From: Moniliella sp. 'wahieum'
Lineage: Eukaryota
Assembly: GCA_003971905.1 (NCBI GenBank)
Contig: RSEE01000105.1
Span: 1-64,000 of the forward strand
Length of the DNA stretch: 64,000 nucleotides
Reading direction: 5' to 3'
The notes beneath the pieces were generated by a model. It was not told where the DNA came from and ran no database searches. It worked only from the letters and a program-made list of their open reading frames with translations. Positions within the stretch are counted from its first letter, which is position 1. Every line of letters begins with the position of its first letter. Of the stretch, positions 10,700 through 22,456 are shown one piece after another. A program made the position numbers and the translations under genes.

Positions 10700-13571
10700 A
10701 CAGAAAAAAAGACAGGGGGAAAGAGATTCCGTCGTTGACGCTGAGATCTGCCGACGGTATTGGGCTGGATTGGCAAGGGGACAACTAATAGACCGCGGCA
10801 GGAGGAGGCGCATTCCTGTTGGGAAAAACGTGTCGTTCCAGACCAGAACTTTTTCCACTGTATCGCCATAGTCGTTATCGGGCCCAAGGTTGTTCAGGTG
10901 ATTGAGGAAGCGGGTAAAGCGGGTATCAGTACCCTCTGTACCATACACCATGGCCGCGGTGATGGCTACACAAAGGGAACTTCCCACAGCAGCGGCGGCA
11001 GAGAGAATGTAATTCATCCTGTCGACAACCAATCCAGAGATTTGTTAGGGAGTTCGCCTCATGCGTCCCTCGAACAATACAAACGGAAGAGAGAATAGTC
11101 GACGTACGCAATCCAATAATTCAACTGCCGACGACGGGAGAACAGTAGGTGAGTGAGAGCCCCCCAGAAAAACCAGGAGGTCCAGCTAACCGCTGCAAAA
11201 AGTGCGAATTGCGATATACCGCCAAAGAAGAGCGGCCAATGGATCGAGCGGAGGTGAGTAGCGCGATTCAAGTGGGGCGAAACCCGTCCGGCAAGGTACA
11301 AGAGCAGTGGCGCGACTGCGCCAATAAGGAAAAGTACAGAGTCCACTGGTATTGCTGTAGAAAGCCGTTCTTGTGAAGCCCGACGCCAGTCCAATATATG
11401 GGATCGTACAAACCTATAACGCGCAGGTTGGCATAGGGGCTGATATTCAGCGTATCGGAACTCCACCCCACCCAGATTCCACTTTGCAACACTGAGCAGA
11501 CCAATTGGGTTCCCACGAGTACAAAGAAGGTGATCTGTGGGGGGATATTAAAGTAGACTGCTAGTTTGGAGCATCCACAGTAAAGCATCGCTTGTTGGAT
11601 GGTGCCCGCGCAGCATATCTGAAAGAGCGGCAGGATGGTCGTGTGCCCTGGCAGAGAAGCACTAGCAAGCAACGTCGCCAAGTGCTCCACACACTTCAGT
11701 TCCACAGAAGTCCGGCCCAATACAATGCCAAATGGAACAATGAAGACGGCAGCCAGCGCGAGGGCAAGCACAATCGTCCACACCGGTACCGAGGTGTGGT
11801 ACACGTGCACCATGGGGATGGCCAGGACAAAGGCAACCAATAGCAAGCACAGGTACCACCAGATGGGAACAGCTGGGTAGCGGGCGAGTTGGAGGGTGTG
11901 GGGGTCAGGCGAATCATCGCGTGTGGACACTTTCACCAGCGGCGTAGGTCGCCGCCATGGAAAATCGGGGTGTGCACGAGCAAGGCGGTACATGCGGCAT
12001 AGGAAAACGCCCAAGTCATGATGCTTGCGGCGGAAAAGTATCCCTGGGGTGGGTGGGGTGAATCAAATTGGGGGGATCTAGATACATGTCTTGGGGTAAG
12101 TGTTTGATATGGATATATGTGTGTGTCAGCGGTGGGTACCAATTCACGTTGAGAACGCTATAGGGAAAACAGGCCGCTAGGTTCCGGTTGGTGAAAAAGA
12201 TGGGCAGGGCAATGACCCACATGGCAACGGCGAAGCCACAAAATACATTCACCAGCGCGCCCCATGGACGATCAAGGGTGAATTCAACGCTGCGATCACT
12301 TTAGTCCAGTCTAGGCACCAAATGACCAGCCCATGCCACCCGTCCCATCAAACAATAGATTGACCACAAAGTTGGCCGGAGCAATCCACGTCGGCCACTC
12401 GAACTTTCCCAGAGGCTGGTAGAAGAATAGTGGGATCCAGGCCAGACGAACATGACCGTCGCCACAATCCAAAAACGCGGCGACGGCTCCAGTTGCCACG
12501 CCGAACCCCGTGTAAGGCGGTCACATCGCACGTCGTCTGAAGCTGTTGAGGATAAAGCAGCTCACCAGGCCAAATGAGAAGACGTGTGGCAAGACCGGCC
12601 AAGGCAAATCCAAAGAATGGGGTCGAGAGGTAAATGAGAAAGAGGAAGCCGGGGGGGAATGTGCTATTCTTTTGTGCCACATTAGTCGCTGCAGCCATTC
12701 GGCCAAGTATTGCAAGGTCAGGTTGGGGCCATCGCGACCGCAGCGACGATGGTGCAGATCCTGTACGCGAACGTGTCAGCCAGCGCTCTTTCCTTTCCTG
12801 CAACGTCAACGTCTCGGAAGATGGGACGCACGTATGTTCCTTGAGGTTGAAAGGGCCCGGGTTGAGGAACCAAGCCAGGGGCCAGGGGATGGGTACGGTA
12901 TCTTCGATAGCGCAAAACCCAAACAGTAGGTGAATGGCTGTACCAACACCGCACTTGTAGACACAAGAGTTGTGGGTTGATCCAGGATCCTAGGGTCTCC
13001 ATAGCAACGAGGGCGGTGGTGGTGAGGCCGAGGGCCAGGATAATGGAAAGCATCCAGGTGCGCAACGTGTTTAAATGGCATATCTGGGTCGTCTTCGTTA
13101 GGCACGACGGCACGCACACGCGCATCAGCAAGTCCAGAACCTTCTCCTCGTCTATGTCGTTTTCATCTCCATTGTTGACGCCTTCACCCCACTGATCCGA
13201 TCCCTGGGTTTTGTTTGTCGCGGCTCGTGTCCCAGAGGGTTCATCATGTGGACTCAGCAGTCGGTCGTTGTGACAGAGCGCGTTTTCCAAGAGCGATTCT
13301 GTTCGATCCATTCTCGTTGTCATGCTCAACTGTGTTTGTGAACGAAAACTGGGTAGTGTTATTGTCTCGTTGTCATGCTCAACTGGTTTGTGAACGAAAA
13401 CTGGGTAGTGTTATTGTACGTCGCGTGGTTTGTTGGTGTTATGCTATCAATTGTGAAAGGCCGAAAGAGAGTGGACGGCATCCGACATGGACGCAAGGTC
13501 CGAGCATTTGGAAGTGCTTGGGTCCGTTCCTCATCGTTTCGTTCAGCCCCGCTCGAGCGAGGAGTCGACAT
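10700..13571 (-). CDS. OPT-family oligopeptide transporter, copy 1 (frameshifted; 3' end approximate)
   Basis: RAVVPNEDDP, NPGPFNLKEH, RYPAVPIWWY, KLAVYFNIPPQ, RMNYILSAA, CPLA motifs; many TM segments; no obvious introns. Confidence 0.9.
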
Positions 13572-13679
13572 GTTGTCTAGCCTTGTTGTTTTGCTTGTTG
13601 TTTGGATTAGTGATCGGTGTTGTTGCTGTTGGAGGTGATAGTGGTGATGGGTGGTGGTGGTAGTGGTGGTGGTAGTGAA

Positions 13680-13712
13680 TCACAGTCATTGTGAGTTGAG
13701 CTGCATTTATAC
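13680..13712 (-). promoter_or_regulatory. TATA box of the OPT cassette, conserved in all three copies
   Basis: Minus-strand GTATAAATGC(A)AGCTCAACTCACAATGACTGTGATTCAC about 110-140 bp upstream of the ATG; also at ~20820-20852 and ~53980-54012. Confidence 0.6.
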
Positions 13713-14749
13713 TATGAGAGGTCGTCGTCCCACCTCCGTTCCGACTCGCAGGTCACCAAGTGCTCCCTTCCTCGCTCCCCGCTCATATAAAGCTCTTGTG
13801 TGAGCTCGTGCCTGGAGGCGATTAACAGCAACACATTGCAGGTTAAAGGGAACCCATCACCTAGGCGCAGAAGCGCGAAGACCCTCCCCAAAGCATATTG
13901 GTATGGTCGCTCCCTCCACACCCACCACTGTTAGCCTTATCGACTACATAACTCCCAGGCTGCTGCATCGGTTCCGACCAACTCGTGGATTTGATCCCCT
14001 CTTCAAAGTGAATACCGTGTCGCGACACGTGAACCTTGAAGTTCTGACCTGGAATACGTAGTCTCAAAACCACAGACGATTAGCGCGAGTAATAGTCCAG
14101 TAGCGAGGTGAGCGAGAAGAAGGGGAAAGGAGGAGGAAAGGTGGTGGCGAAGAGGACGAACAAGCAGTGGGACAGGCTTGAACATACGGCCTGTTAGCCT
14201 GCGCGCGGCAACTCTAATGCCTAGCTTTGACATCTCCGAATCACCCTTAACGTACTCAACACCACACCCCGTTGTTGGGTTGGTGGATGATTGATTACTC
14301 TGATCTACTGCCTCATTAATCATTCCTACTGTACCTTGCTCCTCTATGTGGATCCGCCCCACGGCTGCGCCCACGCCCTGCGGTCCGCTTTAACAAACTT
14401 TGACTCCGAGACGAAATAGTGGTATCAACGATATATTAATCCACATCAATCATAATCGATAATCCCAGCGCGGGTAAGTACTAGTTCTGCGGTGCACAGC
14501 TTGATATACTTCTGTTTATTAACGGCACATGACGCCCTTTCACCACATCTCCCCACGATATCTACTATGCTGCATCTTTATCATTGACATAGCTTAAAGC
14601 TGGGACAGGGAAACGTTACGTCTTAACCGACCCGTTCATCTTGCGTGTGTTACTTGCTAGCGCCACCAATGTTAGGAAACCTGGGGGATCGCCAGGATGT
14701 CAGGACCGGGCCTCTGGTGATCGTTTCCCAAGGTAGCACGGGTGGACAC

Positions 14750-17700
14750 GGATGATCAGATGGGGACGAGGTAAGGTCAAAGGTCCCAGACTGCAAGTCC
14801 CCGCAGGCCACGGTACGCGCTTTCTTGATGGCCCCGTCGGGGAGTACAGGCCTGGAGAGGGCCAGCTTCATTGGCATCGGGCGCACTCCCTCAGGGCGAG
14901 GGACGATGCGCAGAGCGCCAAAACGGTCAATCACCTTATCACGTTCGTCCGTGATGGCCTGACGAAACTCACGGCAATAGGCACCCTCGACAGCGGCTCG
15001 ATAGGAAAAGAAATTGGGATCCGTAGGGGCATGTCCATAATGGTAGCCAGGGCGCAGCCCAAGAGCTCGGGCGGGGGAGTAGCGTGTGTGTCGTCGATAT
15101 CAACGTCGGCCAGGGGAAGAGAAAGGTCGCCGGCCACGGGAACGGCGGCGGGCATGGAAGTGATGAGGTGGGGCGCGGTGCTGTTGGCCTGACCGAGAAC
15201 GAAGTCGGGGTCAGTAACCTCCTCGGCGACGGTGCGAGGCAGGGGGTGATGGTCTTCTTCGTCGCTCTCGAGGAAGGGCTCCCGCCGGAAGGTGACGCTC
15301 CGGCCCTTGACGTCAACCCAGCGGTCGTCACGGGGAACGCGGATGGTCCAGCAGCGGGAGGAAATATCGTACCCGAGATGGATGCCCACATCCCCAGTTC
15401 CGGACGTGTAGCCTTTGCGATGGGTGCGTCGGACCACATAAGCAGAGCAGCCAAAGGGGTGCAGGATGGAGGTGTCGAAAGGGCGGCCATACAGTCGTTC
15501 GAAAGAGGAAGATCAGGCAGCGTATGATTGGTCGAGGCATTCATCACCAGAGCGGAGTAACCGGCAGCCTCCGGCCACCAGTCCTCGGCCATAGTTGCGG
15601 CTCGGAGAGAGGCCCGTGCCATGCCGGCCAGGGTGCGATGGGCGCGCTCTACGACTCCGTTCGCAGCGTGGTCATGGGGAGCGGTGACGGTATGTTGGAT
15701 TCCAGTCTGTGCCAGCCAGTCACGAAGGGGCTTGAATTCGGTGCCACGTCAGTCCACAGCTGGGCTACACGCCAGTCGTTGTGCCGCCCAGGCCTTGGAA
15801 GATGTCGGCGGCGATGGTGTGCAGGGGGCGCGGGTGCCTTGTGGGAGCCGTGACGTGTTGGAGAGGGGGCTAGTTGGCGGTGAGGATGCTTGAAGATGCT
15901 CGTGGCAGTACCGCACGTGAGCCAGGCGGTCGGTGTGTCGGGGTGTGCCGGCGCGGGAGCAGTGTCAGCCAGACGGTCAGGGTTGGCTGCGACACGAGTG
16001 GAGACCAGGGCAGTAGGCAAGTGTACGTGCGGACAGGCGTCGGTCTGCACCAGGGACAGGCCCGTGGCCGCGGGGCAGCGCCTACGGCGATCAACACCCC
16101 GTTCCCTCCTGCCGCCAAGCTAACTCCTACACCAGAACTCTGCCTATGCTGCACGCCCAGAAGGGGGCGACGGAGGGCCGGGACGAGCAACGCACCTCTC
16201 AGTGTCCCGCGTCGCTGTGTGGACGGGGAGCGGGTGTCAGAGATCATGCATTCGACAGTACCCCGGGCTGTGCCCGGGAGACGGCGTCCGTCCGCCAGTT
16301 CGTGTCCGTTGACTAGTGACTGACTCCAGGTCCGCAAACAGATCAGCGCGGTTGAACAAAGAGGGGTGCGCGCCACTGTCGAGCACCGCGGGAGAGTGGG
16401 GCACAGTGCATCGAGTCCCGAGGGAGCTCGGCGCGTCCGCGTCCTATTCGTCAAGGGTCACCTCCCTCACGGCGGCCTCGTGCGCCTGGCCGGCAGCACC
16501 GGCAGGGCGCGCCCCGCCCGACTGGGCGGAGCGTTGAGGAGCAGTGACGTTGGAGCGCTGCGTGCTAGTAGGGCTCGCCGCTGCGCCCGGAGGATTGGGT
16601 CGTGCCAGAGTTGTCACTGTTGCCGCGATGGGGGCGCCGTCCCTACTGGCTCTGCTAGTTGCTCCCCTTCTCGTCGCGCTCGAGCGCAGGGATCGTCTCC
16701 ACCGCTCGCAGCGCGTCCGCATACGAGGCTTCGCGCTGAGCGTGGGCAAGCGCATGATCGCGCACACCGTTGAGAAGGAGCGCATGGAAGAACGACTCAG
16801 GTATCGAGTGGCCGTTGGCGAACTGAAGTTGGCGTGCCAGCCGGCGGTGCTTGGTCGCATACGTGATCCCACTCTCGCGTCCCTGGCGCAGGCGATGGAT
16901 ACGGCCAATGAGGTCGGCGTGAGCTGAAGTGGTTATGGTGCTGAACGCCTGGATGAGGTCGTCCCGATATGCGGAGGCCAAACGGAACCGGGGGGCTCCA
17001 ACTATTTCGTCCACGCGGAGGCGGGCTGCGGGCGAGAGACCGGCGATAACGACCTGGACAAGCGCAGGGTCTAAGGCCTGTGGTTGTAGACCCGCTTGGT
17101 GGTGCGGCCGAGGAAGGCGGTGGTGGCGTACGGGTGAATCCCGGCGACGCGGGAATCCATGTTGTTTAGCCAACCCATGAACGAGAAGGGGGTGGCGTTG
17201 TCCGGGAGCTGCTGCAGACGCGCGTCCGCAGCGGCGCTGTCAATGAGGTTCTGCATGTTGCGCGGCACGAGCTGGGGGATGTCGCAAGGCTTGAAACGGC
17301 TTCATGGAATCGTCGTCCAAGTCGTCCGGGTCTGCCATGAGGCCATCGACTGCATGCGGAGCGGGACTGGTATCAGGTGTAGGCACGCGGCCAGGGGGGG
17401 CAACTTCCATATCGGAGTCGGGGTTGCCCTCGGCTGTGGCCGGACGGTGAGCACGCGCGGGAGGGGGGGCATCTTGGAAAATTGGGAAAAAAATGGGTGG
17501 GTAGGGTGGGGCGGCTGGTGTTGCTGACCCGAGGTGAGATGGGGTGTGGGCGGGGCGGCTGGTGTTGCTGACCCGGTTTGGCTTTGGTGTGCCAACCTTT
17601 TATCTTGGCGGTTGGGGGCTCAACCTGTAGGAAGGGGATTGCCTTGGATGCCGATGGTATTCATTCAGGCTGCATGGATGGTGCCTTATCTTATACCAGA

Positions 17701-17794
17701 GAAAGGAGAAGCTATCACACGGTAAAGCACGCGTGATGAGGGGAAAGAGACACAAAAGGGGCCAAGGAAGATGTAGAACAGGGTCATACCCACA
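14750..17794 (-). mobile_element. Ty1/copia LTR retrotransposon, 3'-truncated and internally deleted
   Basis: 5' LTR 17626-17794 (TGTGGG...CCTACA), PBS-like GGTTGAGCCC 17616-17625, gag-like ORF, protease VLDSGAHPSLFN (~16340-16385), integrase PLHTIAADIF..LWTD..VERAHRTLAGMARASL..WWPEAA, FGCSAYV, RT start KARTVACGDLQ, then loss of homology. No 3' LTR seen. Confidence 0.88.
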
Positions 17795-17899
17795 TCCGGT
17801 GTGTGTGACCCATCACCCTGGATGGCTAATAAAGAGAGAAAAACGCACAGAGAGACAGATGGGAGGACAATTCTGATGCCATAGCGATTGGATGGGCAG

Positions 17900-20737
17900 A
17901 TACAAAAAAAAGGCAGGGGGCAAAAGGGATTCCGTCGTTGACGCTGCGATCTGCCGGCGGGCTCCAGCTCGATTTGCAAGGGGACAACTAGAACGCGGCG
18001 CGAAGCGCATTTCCGTTGGGGAAAAACGTGTTGTTCCAGACCAGAACTTTTTCCGTGGTATCGCCGTAGTCGTTCTGGGGCCCAAGTTTTCCCAGGTGAT
18101 GGAGGAAGCGGGTAAAGCGGGAGTAAGTGCCATCTGTACCATACGTCATGACCGCGAGAATGGCTGCACAAAGCGAAGTTCCCACGGAAGCGGCGGCAGA
18201 GAGAATGTAATTCATCCTGTCGACAACGAATCCGGAGATTTTGTTAGAGAAGAGAGTTCGCCTCATGGGTCCCTCGAACAATACAAAGGGAAGAGAGAGT
18301 AGTCGACGTACGCAATCCAATAATTCAACTGCCGACGACGGGAGAACAGTAGGTGAGTGACAGCCCCCCAGAAAAACCAGGAGGTCCAGCAAATCGTTGC
18401 AAAAAATGCGAATTGCGATACACCGCCAAAGAAGAGCGGCCAATGGATCGAGCGGAGGTGAGCAGCGTGATTCAAGTGGGGAGAAATCCGTCCGGCAAGG
18501 TACAAGAGCAGTGGCGCTACTGCGCCAATAAGGAAAAAGTAGAGAGTCCAATGGTATTGATGTAGGAAGCCGTTCTTGTGAAGCCCGACGCCAGTCCAAT
18601 ATTTGGGATCGTACAAACCTGTAAATCGCTGGTCGGCCTCGGTGGAGATCATCAGCCCATCGGAACTCCACCCCACCCAGATTCCACTTTGCAACACTGA
18701 GCAGGCCAATTGGGTTCCCACGAGTACAAAGAAGGTCGTTCGTGGTGGGATCTTAAAGTAGACTGCCAGTTTGGAGCAGCCACAGTACAGCATGGCTTGT
18801 TGGATGGTTCCCGCGCAGAATATCTGAAAGAGCGGCAGGATGGTCGTGTGCCCAGGCAGAGAAGCACTAGCAATCAACGTCGCCAAATGCTCCACACACT
18901 TCAGTTCCACCGAAGTCCGGCCCACCACTATGCCCACTGGAACAATGAAGATTGCAGCCAGCAAGAGGGCAAGCACAATCGCCCATACCGGTACCGAGGT
19001 GTGGTACACGTGCACCATGGGGATGGCAAGGACAAAGGCAACCAGTAGCAAGCACAGGTACCACCAGATAGGAACAGCCGGGTAGCGAGCGAGTTGGCGG
19101 GGTGTGGGGGTCAGGCGAATCAGCCACGTTGGACACTTTCCACCAGCGGCGTAGGTCGCCCCCATGGAACAGCGGAGTGTGCACGAGCAAGGCGGTACAT
19201 GCGGCATAGGAAAACGCCCAGGTCATGACGATTGTGGCGGAAAAGTATCCCTGGGGTGGGTCGGGTGAATCAAATTGGGGAGGATCTAGATACATGTCTT
19301 GAGGCAAGGGGTTGAAATGAATGTCGGTGGTGTTCAGCGGTGGGTGCCAATAGACGTTGCCAAGGCCATAGGGAAGGCAGGCCGCTAGGTTCCGGTTGGT
19401 GAAAAAGATCGGGAGGGCAATGACCCACATGGCACGACGACGAAGCCACAAAATACGTTGACCAGCGCGCTCCACGGGACGATCAAGGGTGAACTCAACG
19501 CTGTGATCACTAACGTCCAGTCCAGGCACCAAAAAGACCATGCCAATCGTCCCATCAAACAATAGATTGACCGCAAAGTTGGACGGAGCAATCCACGTCG
19601 GCCACTCGAATCTTGCCAGAGGCGGATAGAGAAACAATGGGATCCAGTTCCACACGAAGAAGACCGTCGCCACAATCCAGAAAACGCTTCGACGGTTCCA
19701 GTTGCCACGCCGAACCCCGTGTAAGGCTGTCAACATTGCACTCGTCTGAAGCTGTTGAGGATAAAGCAGCTCACCAGGCCAAATGAGAAGACGTGTGGCA
19801 AGACCGGCCAAGGCAAATCCAAAGAAAGGGGTCGAGAGGTAAATGAGAAAGAGGAAGCCGGGTGGGAATGTGCTATCTTCTTTTGTGCCACCATTAGTCG
19901 CTGCAGCCATTCCGGCCAAGTATTGCAAGGTCAGGTTGGGGCCCATCGCGACCGCAGCGACGATGGTGCAGATCCTGTACGCGAACGTGTCAGCCAGCGC
20001 TCTCTCCTTTCCTGCAACGTCAACGTCTCGGGAAGATGCGACGCACGTATGTTCCTTGAGGTTGAAAGGGCCCGGGTTGAGGAACCAAGCCAGGGGCCAG
20101 TAGGATGGGTACGGTATCTTCGATAGCGCAAAACCCAAACAGTAGGTGAATGGCTGTACCAACACCGCACTTGTAGACACAAAGAGTTGTGGGTTGATCC
20201 AGGATCCTAGGGTCTCCATAGCAACGAGGGCGGTGGTGAGGCCGAGGGCCAGGATAATGGAAAGCACCCAGGTGCGCAACGTGTTTAATGGCATATCTGG
20301 GTCGTCTTCGTTAGGCACGACGGCACGCACACGCGCATCAGCCAAGTCCAGAACCTTCTCCTCGTCTATGTCGATTTCATCTCCATTGTTGACGCCTTCA
20401 CCCCACTGATCCGATCCTGGGTTTTGTTTGTCGCGGCTCGTGTCCCAGAGGGTTCATCATGTGGACTCAGCAGTGGGTCGTTGTGATACAGCGCATTTTC
20501 CAAGAGCAATGCTGTTTCCACCCCATTTCCGTTGTCTTCCTCGACTGTGGTCGTGGAGGAAAACGGGGGGGTAGTCTTCTTGGACGTCGCTTTATTTGTT
20601 GATGTTATGCTATCAGTTGTGGGAGGACAAAGAGAGTCGATGGCATCCAGCGTGGACGGAAGGCCCGAGTCATTGAAAAGTGGGCCGGTCCGTTCCTCAT
20701 CCGCTTCGTTGGGCCCGCTCGAGCGTGAATTTGACAT
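17900..20737 (-). CDS. OPT-family oligopeptide transporter, copy 2 (least frameshifted)
   Basis: 492-aa and 314-aa ORFs: ARVRAVVPNEDDPDMPLNTLRTWVL, NPGPFNLKEH, RYPAVPIWWY, YFKIPPR, RMNYILSAA. Confidence 0.92.
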
Positions 20738-22456
20738 GCTGTCTAGCCTTTTGTTTTTCTTGTGGGGTTGGTGTTAGTGATCGGTGTCGTTGTTGTTGGT
20801 GGCGGTGGTGGTAGTGAATCACAGTCATTGTGAGTTGAGCTTGCATTTATACCATCAACAGAGAGATCGTCGTTCCATCTCAGTTCTCAGTTGCGACTCG
20901 CAGGTTATCAAGTGCACCCTTCCTCGTTCTCTCGCTCATATGATGTTGTGTGTGCTCGAGCCTCGAAGCGACTAACATCCCAGTTGCGCCACCGGGCCGC
21001 AGCAACTAGCCGCAGCAGCACAAAAACCCCCAAAGCATATTGGTACGGTCGCTCCCTCTCCTCAGGCCTGAGGCCTCCCCTAGTATTATTATCCACGCAT
21101 CTCTCTACATAAGGGTTAGCTTTGTCGACTACATAATGCATGACCCCCTGCTGCATTGGTTCCGACCAACGTGGATTTGAACTCCTCCTCAAAGTGAATA
21201 CCGTGTCGCGACGCGTGACGCTTGAAGGTTCTGACCTGGAGATACTTTGTCCTCCCTCAATCGCACTTTTGACAAATTAATAGGACAATCAAATCACATC
21301 TCCAACTCGTCACTCAAGACGTTCTGATTTCGGCCGTTCGTCTCCGTATCAGGCAAGCGGTTGTCTGACAAAGGCGAATGATGCATGATATATGGTAGTT
21401 ACCATGTGCGTTTGAAAAAGCGGTGTTGTCCCTTCCATCCAGGTTACCCTACGTGGTCCGACACCCTCTTGACTGATTCCTTTAGCGAATATCCGCCGAG
21501 AATGCAGTGGCCATATTTAAAGAAGGGATGGTCTTCCGAAGTCAGGGATCAGATCTCAGAACTAGGAGAATTCAATCACCTTCAAGAGCTTCACGCTTCA
21601 TCGATCATCGCCGATCATCAAGCTTCAAGCTTCAAGCTTCAAACGGCACCCTTCATCGATCCCACCCACAGGGCCTACCCAATACTACCGAGTCTGTTTA
21701 TCGACCTACTAGTGCGTAACTTGATATTATCCGCATCTCACCTAAGCTAACAGTTAGGATGGACATCAGCGTCGTCCGCGCGTTAACGGATCCGACGATA
21801 CTTTCCAATGGATCCGACGATACTTGTGAATGCACATGCCCCACACTCATCAACATCAACATCAGTTCTTTGACAGAAGAGAGTGAAAGATGCCAGTGAT
21901 CTGAATTGTAGCGACGCAAGTATGCCAGAACGCAAGCGAAACACAACAGTCTCTCTACGATGCAGACAGCGAATGCAGCGGAAAAAGAGAGAGGAGTATC
22001 GAGTATATAAGCGGGAGGGCGGGATACAGGTGGTAATGAGGTGGCGTTGCTACAAAATGAAATGAAACCGTTCTGCGGAGGTAACCTAATTGAACAAGAC
22101 CTGGCCAGCCACGTGGCAACAAGAGTACTACTATGGCTGCTGTGACTAGACCTGGTTGAACTACAGGTGGGATGCTGTAGCTCTTCAAAACTCGAACGAA
22201 AACCGTTCAATCGCTGCAGAGCAGGGCTCGTCATCGTGACGTGGCATTTCATGCCGCACACAGTGAGGCTAAAAAAGAGAAGGAGACGGGTGTGGTCAAA
22301 GGGAGTGGCTGATCGTAAGAAGGTGAGTCACCGGTGGGCTATTGTGAAGTGCATCAGGGTTTGGAAGTAGGGCGTAGAACAAAACAAGGATGGTTGCCAG
22401 AACTGGGGGTGGCGCCGCATACCAAAACGGTGATGAGCGTGTTCGATGCTTCATGA

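Noticed and set aside
14420..14550. 3' LTR and PPT of the first copia (GTGGGGAGA-TGTGG...ACCA on minus)
   Set aside because: No similarity to the 5' LTR at 17626-17794; the segment matches the cassette junction repeat instead.
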